Part shown: in pieces, positions 52,390 through 62,632 of the stretch
Numbering within the stretch: position 1 is the stretch's first letter
Layout: every line of letters begins with the position of its first letter
From: Nymphaea colorata
Taxonomy: Eukaryota
Direction: 5' to 3'
NCBI RefSeq assembly: GCF_008831285.2
Contig: NC_045138.2
Coordinates: 32,240,001 to 32,304,000, forward strand
Length of the DNA: 64,000 nt
Made by a program: the position numbers and the translations under genes
The notes under the pieces: model-generated
Databases searched by the model: none
What the model was told of the DNA's origin: nothing
Seen by the model: the letters and a program-made list of their open reading frames with translations, nothing else

Positions 52390-55300
52390 TGCTGCCTAAG
52401 TTTTCTCAAGTTGATTGCTACATGCTATACTCTTGATTGTATCATAGTGCAACCAGATTAAGACAGAGATGCAATATGAGCATAAAAACACAAGCAATCT
52501 CTTTTCTTATAGCTCTACTGTAAACTTAGATGGATCTAACTATGAGATTTGGTCCCGTGTATTTATGATGTCTGTGATTGGACATCGGAAGGAACATGTT
52601 ATAGAAAAAGATGAGCCTGTGATGAATAGTGGAAGATATAGTTCATGGAAGGAAGATAACAACATTGTCCTGTCATGGATCATGAATAGTGTGCAACCAC
52701 AGATTACCTCTATTATTGCATATTATACCTCTGCCAAACAAATGTGGGATTTTTTGAAGCAAACGTACTCAAATGAAAAGAATGTTAGCAAAATCTTGCA
52801 GGTGGAGGAAGAATTACTTAATTTGCGACAGGGTGACCAAAGTCTTGCTCAGTACTTCGCTTCCATCAAGTCAATCTATGAAAGACTTAAAGCTTTGCGT
52901 CCTCCATGTCCTACATGCCACAAGACTCATGGTGAACAGTCTATAGTGGCAAAGTTTCTACAGGGTCTCTCTCTCGAGTATGCAGTAGCAAAGACACAGA
53001 TGTTAACTGGAGCAGAAATTCCTGACCTAGCTGAGGCTTATAACAGACTCAACCGTCTTGCTGTGACTCTTTCTCTGCCTTCCACCACTGTTACTCCCTC
53101 TGCTTTGGTAGCTTCAGGAGGCCGTTGACGTAATTTCTTCAGGGGGAGGGGCATAGGTCGAGGGTCAGGAGGAGGTCATGAGAGATTTCAGTGCGCCTTT
53201 TGTGAGAAAATATGGCATTTGGAAAACAGATGTTGGGATAAACATGGTCCTCCTTCCGCTATACCCTTAGGAAGAGGTGTTGCATCTAAGCAAGGCAAAA
53301 ATTCATTACAGTCTCCTATTGGGTCTATCCAGGCAGCTTCATCAGTAGTAGAGGGGTCTTTATCTTCTTCCAATCCTGAGACTGTGACTGTGAATATCAA
53401 CAAGTCAGAGTATGAGGAGTTCTTAGCACACAGATCTACTCAACCGTCGGCCTCTACAGTTATGATAGACAGTGCTATGTTCGTTGATACTGCTCCACAT
53501 GATACATGTACTACTTGGATTATTGGTTCAGGAGCATCGATGCACTTTTGTAGTAGACCTTCTATGTTTAGCGTGCTACACTCATTACCTCAGACACGAC
53601 ATGTGAGACTTGCAGATGGTAGATGGTCTCCTATTATGGGTTATGGAGATATTAAAATTTCTTAGTCTATGACAATTCCTAATGTGTTATATGCTCCTAA
53701 GTTTCCTACTAATCTTTTATCAGTTAGACAATTGATTAATGATTTACATTGTCGTGTTACATTTGACTCTGGTGTATGTTCATTTCAGGATTTGCAAACT
53801 GGGAAGACGATTGGTGAAAGCTATGAGAAAGGGGGTATCTACTTCCTGTCTGATTCTGTAGGTATTGCAGTCATCTCGACTTCTTCATTGTCTTCCTCCT
53901 TCCAGTGGCATCTTAGACTTGGTCATCCATCTGTATCCAAGCTCCATCACCTACTTCCTCATCTATCAGTACTAGAGTCGTTCCAGTGTGAGGCTTGTCA
54001 ACTTGGCAAACAGACCCGTAGCAGTTATTCATCGAGTCTTAGTCCGTCCAGTTGTGGACTATTTGATCTTCTTCATTTTGATGTGTGGGGTCCTAGCAGA
54101 GTTGCTAGTAGGTCTAGATTTCGTTATTTCCTTGTCATTGTTGATGATTATTCTCGAGTCACTTGGGTTTTTCTTTTGAAAGAAAGGTCTGAAGTCATGT
54201 GTACTCTCAAGAACCTTATTATTGAAATAAAGATCCAGTTTGGTATTCTTGTTAAAAGCATTCACACTGATAATGTTCTTGAGTTCAAGACATCTACCTT
54301 AATGAAATTTTATTCTGATAATGGCATTTCTCCTTAGTTTACTCGTCCCCATACCTCCCAGCAAAATGGAGTAGCTGAGCGGAAACATCGCCAACTTTTA
54401 AATGTGGCACGCTCCCTAATGCTTTATACTAATCTACCTGCATATTTTTTGGGAGATGCCATCCTCACTGTCTGTTACTTGACCAACCATTTACCCTCAT
54501 CCTCCATTGACAACAAGGTTCCCATTAAACTTGTGCACCCACAACAACCCTTGTTTCCAGTGGCTCCCAAAGTATTTGGTTGCACATGCTTCGTTCACAT
54601 ACTTGGACCCACACGTGATAAATTGGGTGCCCAAGCCATTAAGTGTATCTTTATTGGCTACTCCAGGAATTATAAAGGTTACAAATGCTTTGACTTCTTG
54701 ACTCAAAAGGAGTATATCAATGCGGATGTGACATTCTTTGAGTCTCAGGCTTATTATAGTTCTTCACCTACCTCTACTGAGATGCCACTGTCATCTGACC
54801 CACTACCTATTCCTCCTATTCCTTTGGAGTCATTCCCTTACGAGTCTCCTTCTGGGGATTCTCCTGCTGTAGTGTCCAAGTTTCGTGATCCTCCGCTGGT
54901 CTACACACGTCGACATGACCCTTCTCATGATATTTCCCCAACCGCTTCTCAGGAGGTAAGTACATCTGAAGTGAATACCTAGTCAATCTGATCCCTGTCA
55001 GGACTTACCTATTGCTCTTCGCAAAGGTAAGCGATAATGTACTCTACATCCTATATCTCATTTTGTTTCTACTGACGGTGTTGGTAAAAGTATGCAATAG
55101 TTTATTCAAGCTCTAGCGGCTCATGCAGTTCCTACTTGTCACCAACATGCCTTATTAGATACCCAATGGAGACAGACTATGCAAGATGAGATGGATGCAT
55201 TAGTTCAGCGAGACACTTGGGAACTTGTTGATCCTCCTCCTGATTGTGACATTGTTGGCTCCACGTGGGTATTTACAGTAAAATATAATTCTGATGGTTC

Positions 55301-58300
55301 TATGGAAAGACACAAAACTCGATTGGTTGTTAAGGGCTACACGCAAACTTACGGGATTGATTTCTTCGAGACTTTCTCTCCTGTTGCTCGGTTGGGGACC
55401 ATTCGTCTTATCATCTCTGTGGCTGTAACACCATGACTGGCACATGTATCAGCTTAATGTCAAAAATGCATTTTTATGTGGTGATCTCGATGAGACTGTC
55501 TATATGCAACAACCACCAGGGTTTGAATGACAGAAGGAGTGTGGAAAAGTATGCAAACTGAAGAAAGCTATTTATGGACTCAAGCAGAGTCCTCGTGCGT
55601 GGTTTCACAAGTTCTTTAAGGTAGTCTCAAAGTGTGGCTTTGCAAGATCCCCTCTTGATCATTCTCTGTTTATCAAGAAGAATTCCAGGGGTATGACCGT
55701 TCTAGTGGTTTATGTTGATGATATTATCCTGACAGGTAACTCCGATCAAGAAATTTCTAATACAAAGTTGTTTCTTCAAAAACACTTTGTGACGAAAGAT
55801 CTTGGTCAACTATGATATTTCTTGGGAATAGAGGTGGCTCGCAACAGGGAAGGTATAGTTCTCTCTCAATGAAAGTACGTTCTTGATTTATTGAAGGACA
55901 CCGGGATACTAGGAGCTAAACCGGCCAATCTACCTATGAATCCACATGTACATCTTAATGATGACCAATCAGAATTAGTGGATTTTCGATCATACAAGTC
56001 TCTTATTGGAAAGCTCCTCTATGTTACTTTGACCAGACCAAACATTAGCTTTGCAGTTGAGAAACTAAGTCAATTTATGGAAAGACCCAGGAAAGTTATG
56101 GTGGTCAAATATCTGAAATCATCTCCTAGCAAAGGACTTTTGTTCACAAAAGGCAAGACCCTGGAAGTGGAAGCCTATAGTGATGCAGACTATGCTGACT
56201 CAGTCGAAGACAAAAAATCTACCACAGGATTTTGTGTATTTGTGGGAGGCAACCTTATATCCTGGAGAACAAAAAAACAAGGTGTGGTGTCAAGATCTAG
56301 TGAAGAATCTGAATATAGAGCTATGACTCAAACTGCCGCTGAAATGACTTGGGCTAAATCCATGCTATCTAGCCTAAGTGTGTGGATTCCGCTTCACATG
56401 AAGATGTATTGTGACAATCGAGCAGCCACATACATTGCAAACAATCCAATTTTCCATGAGAGAACTAAACATATTGAAGTGGATTGCCATTACATTCGGG
56501 ATCTCGTTCAAGGAGGAACCATAACCACCATTCATGTATCATCAGAAGATCAAGATGCAGATGTCTTCACTAAAGCTCTTCCTATTGGTGATTTCTCTAG
56601 ATGTTGTGACAAGTTGAGCATGATTAATATGTATGCTCCAGCTTGAGGGGGAGTGTTGAATTAGAAGAGTTCATGTTTCTAGGTGGTTCTTTGCAATATT
56701 TAATAGTTAGGAGGTCTCTTTAAACATTCCTCTATTTTCTGTTGATGTACTTTGTAAACCTCTCTTCAACCCTAATCTCTTTATTATGGAGATTAGGGTT
56801 AGTGAATGGATTAATGATTCTCTCTCTACGGCTGCCGGCTGTAACATAGCTGAAAAGAAATATCTGCTGGATGAGAATTCTTCTATTGATGATGGATAGC
56901 TCTTTTGATCCACGAGATTTGGACTCAACCTTTTCCATCTGATCTGGCACATGTGCCCTGTAATAAGCTTGATGCTTAATCCTTCCCTCAATAGCCTTTA
57001 CACTCATACACAAGTTGGCCTCCTTGGCACATGAGGGATGAAAGGTACTATTGCAGTCACCAAAACTACACTTTATGCATACATCCTGTTTACTTCGGCA
57101 AAAACAACAGGTATGCAAATCTCTTTGATTGCTCCATCCGCTACTGCCAATCTCTCCACGACTAAGGATTTGGCTGTAGAAACCCACACCCTTAGGGCAT
57201 CCCTGGACTGTAGCCAAGGGGGTTTTCCTGACTGTAATACGTGCCTTCTCCTCTTTCATCATTGCCCGAACCTTACAGAAACTTCACTGGACTCAAGCAT
57301 ACCTAGATTTGTAGGTGCTACTGATATGAAGATGGCGTAGTCCTTGGGTGATCGAACCAACACGCCAATGTCGCTGATCTTAACGACGATTGCTCTGCTC
57401 ACCTGAGAGATGGCATTGTGGAAGGCTTTCTTGCTCACTCCCTTGACTGTAATTTCTTTTGCAAGGTGGGTTAACACTAAGAGTGGCTCGGTGGCAGAAA
57501 TAGAGCCATTCTCCTCATTATTGGAGATTCCAGTAGTCTCTTGGAACATAGACATTTTGTCGCCACTAACCTGAACTGTGGTTGGTGGTGGCAGCAGGCT
57601 TGACCATACGGCAATGAATGAACCCATCTGCTGGTGGTTGCATCTCTGCCCTGTCATTGTGGTGTTTTTCTTGGCCTTGTTGCTGCCAAGTTGTGAAGAC
57701 ATTTTCAGGACATTAGAGTGCTCATGTGGTGAAGCCTTTCTTCAAGCAAAACACTCATCTGCCGTTGTCTTAGCAGTATCACGTTGTAAGCATTATTGGA
57801 TCAGCCCCGTGAGGATCCAATCCATTTTATACCCGGTTCCTAACATACACCATCACAAAACAACAAAGAGAATAACTCTATCAACACATTTATTAACGCC
57901 AATTTGGGGAGCTGCAACTTTAAGTCTTTAACTACATCCGCACCCAATCTCCCAATGTGTACTATTGGCTGTTAATAGGTGTTTCCTCTTATGATTCCAA
58001 ATGGGTCCATTTTATGTAAACATCAATGTCAATTTTAATAGTATAATACATTTCAACTGCAGATGAATATTCTTTAGAAATAAAATCCATTGACAATTTT
58101 GGGAAATACTCTGACAATGACAAAAATATATATGTCATAAATGTTAGATTTATACCAAAATTAAGTATCAACTTGCTTTATATATCTCAGATCTCAGATG
58201 ATGGCTCTAATGTGATCATGTCAACAAATAAATATCAAGTTGAGGGTCTGAGAAGTGGTCTAGGAATAAACTAGAAAAGGAGATCTTTATTACATGTTAA

Positions 58301-59776
58301 GAATTTCCAAAAGCTTCTCTTGCCAGGATTTCCCCACAAATAGATGTCAAGGTTTGACATCAAAGAGTTGGAAGTTCCCAAGACGTTCACTTATTCTTTT
58401 TTTCATCCAAGGGAATAGAGAATTTGATCCAACACAGAAATTAGAGCTGAATAAGGGACAACAAAAACATAATGGATACTGTAGAAAAAAAAGGAATCAA
58501 AGAAGAAGGAAACAGAAAAATTCACAAAGAATTGATAGACCTCCTGGGAGGCTGGGGCACTTTCTGGGGAAGCAGCCAGTCCTGAGGTCAGATTGGCTCT
58601 CATACCATGTAAAGACACAGAAATAACAGATACTTCAGGAGCAGAATAAGGATTGAAGATAAAGGGAACAGAAAAATTCAGAAAGCAGATCACCTAGGAC
58701 ACACCTTTTCAAAAAGCATGTCCTAGGATCAGATGGGTTCTTAGACCATGTAAAAGATATCCAAGGTATGTTCAGTAAGGAAAAGAAAAAAGGAGAGAGA
58801 AAGGGTCAAGCATATCACACATCCTCAATGAAACAGGTGGTGATTTATTTCATTACTTGTAAAGGGCATCACGCTAATTTATAATGTACAATATTACCTT
58901 AATGAAGAAAGGGTACTTACATAATGCATACACATGCAAATATATGGATTGGATTCATATCTAGTTCCAAAATAATGAAACAAGTAATATACAAGTCTTA
59001 ACAATGCCCAATGGGCTGTATCCAAGGCCAATTTCTATTTCATATTTTTATGCTACCCGAGTGCAAATGGAAACAACTAAACAGGATGCTACGACACCAC
59101 AAGTAATTGTGAATGCTTTCAAGTTCATCACAAATGAATTTTCTTTTTCATCCACTTTCATGCCAGGCAGTAAAGCAGATGGTTCAAGAGCAAATAGAAT
59201 TCTATATTCGCATCAATAGTAAAGAATTATCATCAAAATGTAAAATTTTTATGTAAATTCAGCACTGAATTAGCATAATAATAGACATGAAACATGCATC
59301 AACCAACCCTCATTCCAGTTGCATGATCTTCAGCTGCTCTGAGGAGCTCAACAAGCTGCACAGCAGCATCAAGTGCATCTGGTGACCAAGAAGGTGGTGC
59401 TTCCAAAAGACCAAGCAGAAGGTGCTGCGTGGCACTAGGAGTAGCTATTGCATAGTACCTAAACAAGATTATAACTTATTTAGCAGCAATTGCAGGATAA
59501 ATGCCAAGTGCAAATGAAAGCAGAGCAATGTTTACCTGTGGAATAGGCGAGCATATGGCTCAAGGGCAGGCAACCCTGCAATTAGATGTTCATCTAAATC
59601 TGTTGTTGGAGGGGGGAGCAAGAGGGCTGGAACAGCTGCAGCGGTTAAATTTGGGGTTTCATACCTGGCAACCTCCTCATCGCAAACGCTTAAAATGACA
59701 CCAGCCCCATTTGCAACAGCCCATCTAGGAGTTGATGGCATAAGTTGGGGATGTTTCCCAGATTGACTACTGACAG
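38492..59776 (-). CDS. GI: GIGANTEA, partial spliced gene (last 8 coding exons; 5' exons outside window): join(59776-59536, 59458-59308, 50764-50555, 50389-48866, 39636-39568, 39432-39214, 38968-38876, 38791-38492)
   Basis: Exon peptides are collinear with plant GI, all introns are GT-AG, phases join in frame and I found no internal stop. Confidence 0.95.
38876..38968 (-). CDS. GI: GI exon ([31 protein letters not shown])
   Basis: 93 nt, gcAG/GTaat boundaries, GI peptide. Confidence 0.9.
39214..39432 (-). CDS. GI: GI exon ([13 protein letters not shown]...[11 protein letters not shown])
   Basis: 219 nt, canonical splice sites, GI peptide. Confidence 0.92.
39568..39636 (-). CDS. GI: GI exon ([23 protein letters not shown])
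   Basis: 69 nt, tttAG/GTtct boundaries, GI peptide. Confidence 0.9.
41513..42200. mobile_element. Non-autonomous hAT element inserted in the Copia B leader
   Basis: CAATGTT...AACATTG termini, perfect 8-bp TSD CCGTGAAG (41505-41512 / 42201-42208), subterminal CGTATCG/CGATACG repeats at both ends. Confidence 0.85.
42876..47061 (+). pseudogene. Decayed gag-pol of Copia B
   Basis: Fragments CTHCKKNDH (zinc knuckle), [11 protein letters not shown] (PR), LIHSDVWG...FIDDCSR (INT), [19 protein letters not shown] (RT) and YSDADWAG...RTKHVEID (RH); many stops and frameshifts. Confidence 0.92.
44726..45115. mobile_element. hAT-type MITE inserted in the Copia B integrase core
   Basis: TIR CTATGTCACA...TGTGACATAG and perfect 8-bp TSD GTCTGTTG (44718-44725 / 45116-45123). 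Removing it restores [25 protein letters not shown]. Confidence 0.9.
48866..50389 (-). CDS. GI: GI large exon ([19 protein letters not shown]...QQGWRQ); an alternative in-frame acceptor would start it at 50401
   Basis: ORF 48743-50425 contains [33 protein letters not shown] and [13 protein letters not shown]; donor cag/GTagc at 48865. Confidence 0.93.
50555..50764 (-). CDS. GI: GI exon ([38 protein letters not shown]...YRKQ)
   Basis: GI peptide, 210 nt, gtAG/GTag boundaries. Confidence 0.93.
51483..56846 (+). mobile_element. Copia C: full-length Ty1/copia (LTRs 51483-51675 and 56654-56846, PBS 51676-51687, PPT 56645-56653, TSD TAGCT)
   Basis: Two 193-bp LTRs with 5 substitutions, TAGCT at 51478-51482 and 56847-56851, TGGTATCAGAGC PBS, complete copia domain order. 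Confidence 0.96.
52469..56646 (+). pseudogene. Decayed gag-pol of Copia C
   Basis: gag ([11 protein letters not shown]), PR (WIIGSGAS, catalytic D lost), INT ([21 protein letters not shown]), RT ([19 protein letters not shown]) and RH ([15 protein letters not shown]); broken mostly by premature stops. Confidence 0.93.
56849..57262 (-). pseudogene. Extended PHD-finger (PZP/zf-HC5HC2H-type PHD2) gene fragment inside the gypsy-like element
   Basis: [53 protein letters not shown] (57109-56951) fits C-x2-C-x6-C-x2-C-x4-C-x3-FH-x2-CA...Y(C)-x2-H, with the last Cys mutated to Tyr. Confidence 0.8.
58295..59003 (-). mobile_element. Degenerate LTR/TRIM-like remnant
   Basis: Inverted termini TGTTAAGA (58295) and TCTTAACA (59003). 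A reverse-complement PBS, GCTCTCATACCA (1 mismatch), sits at 58596-58607 abutting TGTAAAG, with a second degenerate copy near 58736-58755. No TSD and no coding domain. Confidence 0.4.
59308..59458 (-). CDS. GI: GI exon ([50 protein letters not shown])
   Basis: Translated by hand; tttAG acceptor and GTtgg donor. Confidence 0.92.
59536..59776 (-). CDS. GI: GI exon ([25 protein letters not shown]...PYARLFHR)
   Basis: GI signature peptide; tcttAG acceptor at 59778-59777, GTaaa donor at 59535. Confidence 0.93.
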
Positions 59777-59809
59777 CTAAGAGGAAAAAAATGGTTTTTC
59801 AGATATTCA

Positions 59810-62632
59810 TGTAAATCAGGACCAAAACTTGATGAAACAAATGCTTCAAGAGATATACTCTTAAAGATTCCAGCAGCTTCAATAAGTAACATAAAACAAA
59901 CCCCAAACTTGAGGAGAAGGAAACATATATAAATCTCCAAATGGATACACAAGAATAGGCCTGAAAGCCCTTGACCAAACAAGAGAGTTGCTGCCCTATT
60001 TATAGAAGAGAGAACTCAAGGAAGAAGGAGTTCTAGTCGTTGGACTAGTTCCAATGGCTAGAAATCTAGCCGTTGGGACTAGTCCTCCTTTAGACAATAT
60101 AGAAAAAGAAAAAGGTAAAAATGGAAACAGAAAGTACAGAAAAAGGAAAAATACATAAAGAAAGGAAAAATTACATAAGTACCTAAGTACCCATATATAT
60201 ATAGTAGTTGACTAATATATATAATATACATATATATAGATATATATATATAGATCAGAATACATACATTCTAACACCCCCCTTCAAACTTACGGTGTGA
60301 TAGCCGAAAGTTTGCCAAGAAGAAATTGAAACTTGGCAACAACAAAAGCCTTGGTAAAGAAATCGCCTAATTGATATTTAGATGGAACATAGGAGAGATC
60401 AATGTTTTTCTGAAGAAATTCTTCACGAACATAATGACAATCCATCTTGATATGCTTTGTTCTTTCGTGAAACGTGTCATTGCTAGCAATATAAATTGCA
60501 CTCTTGTTGTCACAACAAAGCTTGATGAATTCCCATATCTTTCAATAAGCTTTTGAACCACACAATTTTCATTGTTGTAGATGCCCTTTCTTGATATCAG
60601 CTTCTGTTGATGATAGAGACACCTTATTTTGTTTCTTGCATCGTCAGGAAATTAACGAATTATCTAAAAACACAAAAAAACCAGTGGTGGATTGCCTATT
60701 ATTGGGATCTCCACCCTAATCAGCATCTGTATAAGCAACTAATTCTAATGTAGAAGAGGAAGACAAAAAAAAGTCCTTTGTTGATTGTGTTTTTCACATA
60801 ACGCACAATTCGCATGGCCGATCCTATGTGTACTGAAGTATGTCTTTGTTGGAATTAACCTATAACATGAACAACATGAGCAATATCTGGTCTGGTGATA
60901 GAGAGATAAGAGAGAGCACCAACAACTTGTCGAAAAAGAGTACGATTCTCTAATATCTCTCCATCATCAATCTTCATTTTTACTTCTAGAGCTTCTGGAG
61001 TGTCTACAATTTTGTTGTCTGAAATACCTGTTCTGTCAATTAACTCACTAGCAAACTTCATTTGTGAGAGAACATAGTCTTTTTTGCTATAGGCAACTTC
61101 AATTCCAAGAAAATATATTAGTCTTCCCCAATCAGTCATTTGAAAGCAATTCTTAAGAAATTGTTTTATCTCTATGACTCCTTTATCATTGCTAATTACC
61201 ATATCATCAACATACAACAACAAAACAGTTATGCCTACAAAAGTGTTCTTCACAAACATGACAGTATCTGAATAGCAAGATTGAAAACCTTGATCAAACA
61301 TAACACTGCTAAAACATAACACTGCTAAATTTATCAAACCAAGCCTTGGAAGCTTGTTTTAAACTATAAAGAGCTTTCTTAAGTCGTAACACTTTGTCCT
61401 GAGGTAGATTAAGTCTAGAAGGGGCACTCATGAAGACTTCTTCATTTAGCTTACCATTTAGAAAAACATTTTTAACATCCATTTGAAAAATAGACCATTG
61501 TTTAGTTGAAGCGACAACAATAAGAGCTCTAATAGAGGTCATACAAGCAACTGGAGCAAAAGTTTTTTCATAATCAATCTCATATTCTTGGGCATATCCT
61601 TTAGCAACAAGTCTAGCCTTATACCTTTTTAATGTCCCATCACTTCTAGTTTTGACTTTATAAATCTATTGACATCCTATGGTATTTTTCCCTATTGGTA
61701 GATAAATAATATCCTAAGTCTCATAGCTTTCGAGGGTTTTAAGCTTATGATTCATGGCTTCAATCCAATTTGAATTTTCTTTAGCCTCAAGGTAAGATGA
61801 CGACTCATAAAAGGAATGATGCGCCATAAGACAAACTTGATATTTAGGAGAGAAAGACTCATATGAAATAAATCTTTGAGGATGCCTAATTTGTCTTTGG
61901 GACCTTGATTGGATTGATTAATTTCTTGTGTTGCATGACCTCTTCTCCTATAAGCAATAATATCTTTTGGAGGATTGATATTAGTAGGACTATCTTCTTT
62001 AACTTCTTCAACTTGTTCATCATCATCAGAATCATCATTATCAGCCTATAGAAAAACATAATCTTCTGGTTGCTTGGGCTCATTTTTAAAATCATCCTCA
62101 TTTTCTAAAAAGATCACATTTCTAGTAACATGTCCTTTATCTCTTTCAATATCATAACATCTATAACCCTTTTGTGTTTCCGAGTACCCAATGAACACAC
62201 AAGTTAATAGCTTTGGAGGAAAGTTTATAATCTTTGTTACTTAAAACAAAACATTTGCAGCCATAGAACTTAAGTGTTGTAATTAGGTCTAATATTGTGT
62301 AATTTTTCAAATGGAGAAATATGTTTCAACAGTTTGGTAGACATTCTATTAATCAAATAGGTTGATGTCAAAACAGCCTTAACCCAAAAGTTTTTAGGAA
62401 TATTTTTGGATAAAAGAAGTTCTCTTGTGGTTTCAATAATGTGCCTATGTTTTCATTTAACCAATCTATTTTGTTGTGGAGTGTTTGGGCAGGATTTTTG
62501 ATGTACAATGCCTTTATCTTTTAGAAATTGTTGAAATTCATTTGAAATAAATTCTCCTCCCGAATCACTTCTAAAAATTTTAATGTTGGAACCAAATTGA
62601 GTTTTGACCATGTTATAGAAACTTTTGAAGTT
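59810..62632 (-). mobile_element. Copia D: decayed Ty1/copia 3' half (INT-RT-RH, PPT 60277-60285, 3' LTR starting at 60276; distal LTR end ~59810 uncertain)
   Basis: Minus-strand fragments IKIFRSDSGGEF, QMDVKNVFLNG, LLYVDDM and TRPDIAH; CTAACA next to CCCCCCTTC; a TATA-like CTATAAATAG on the minus strand near 59996-60005. Confidence 0.85.

Larger units (their letters stand above)
51224..57845 (-). mobile_element. Ty3/gypsy (chromovirus-like) non-autonomous LTR element carrying a PHD-finger fragment: 3' LTR 51224-51436, PPT ~51437-51450, truncated 5' LTR ~57788-57845, TSD TACAC; hosts Copia C
   Basis: TGTTAG/T(A)ACA-type termini with TACAC at 51219-51223 and 57846-57850. About 58 bp of LTR homology between 51379-51436 and 57788-57845. 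The minus strand reads CTTGAGGACGAGGTGTTTTTCAAGAGGGGAGTAT into the LTR, resembling the LEDKVFF-x-G end of chromoviral pol. Confidence 0.75.

Noticed and set aside
20995..59776. BRI1-GI adjacency as a functional gene cluster
   Set aside because: The genes are 14 kb apart and the sequence gives no evidence of co-regulation; synteny cannot be tested here.
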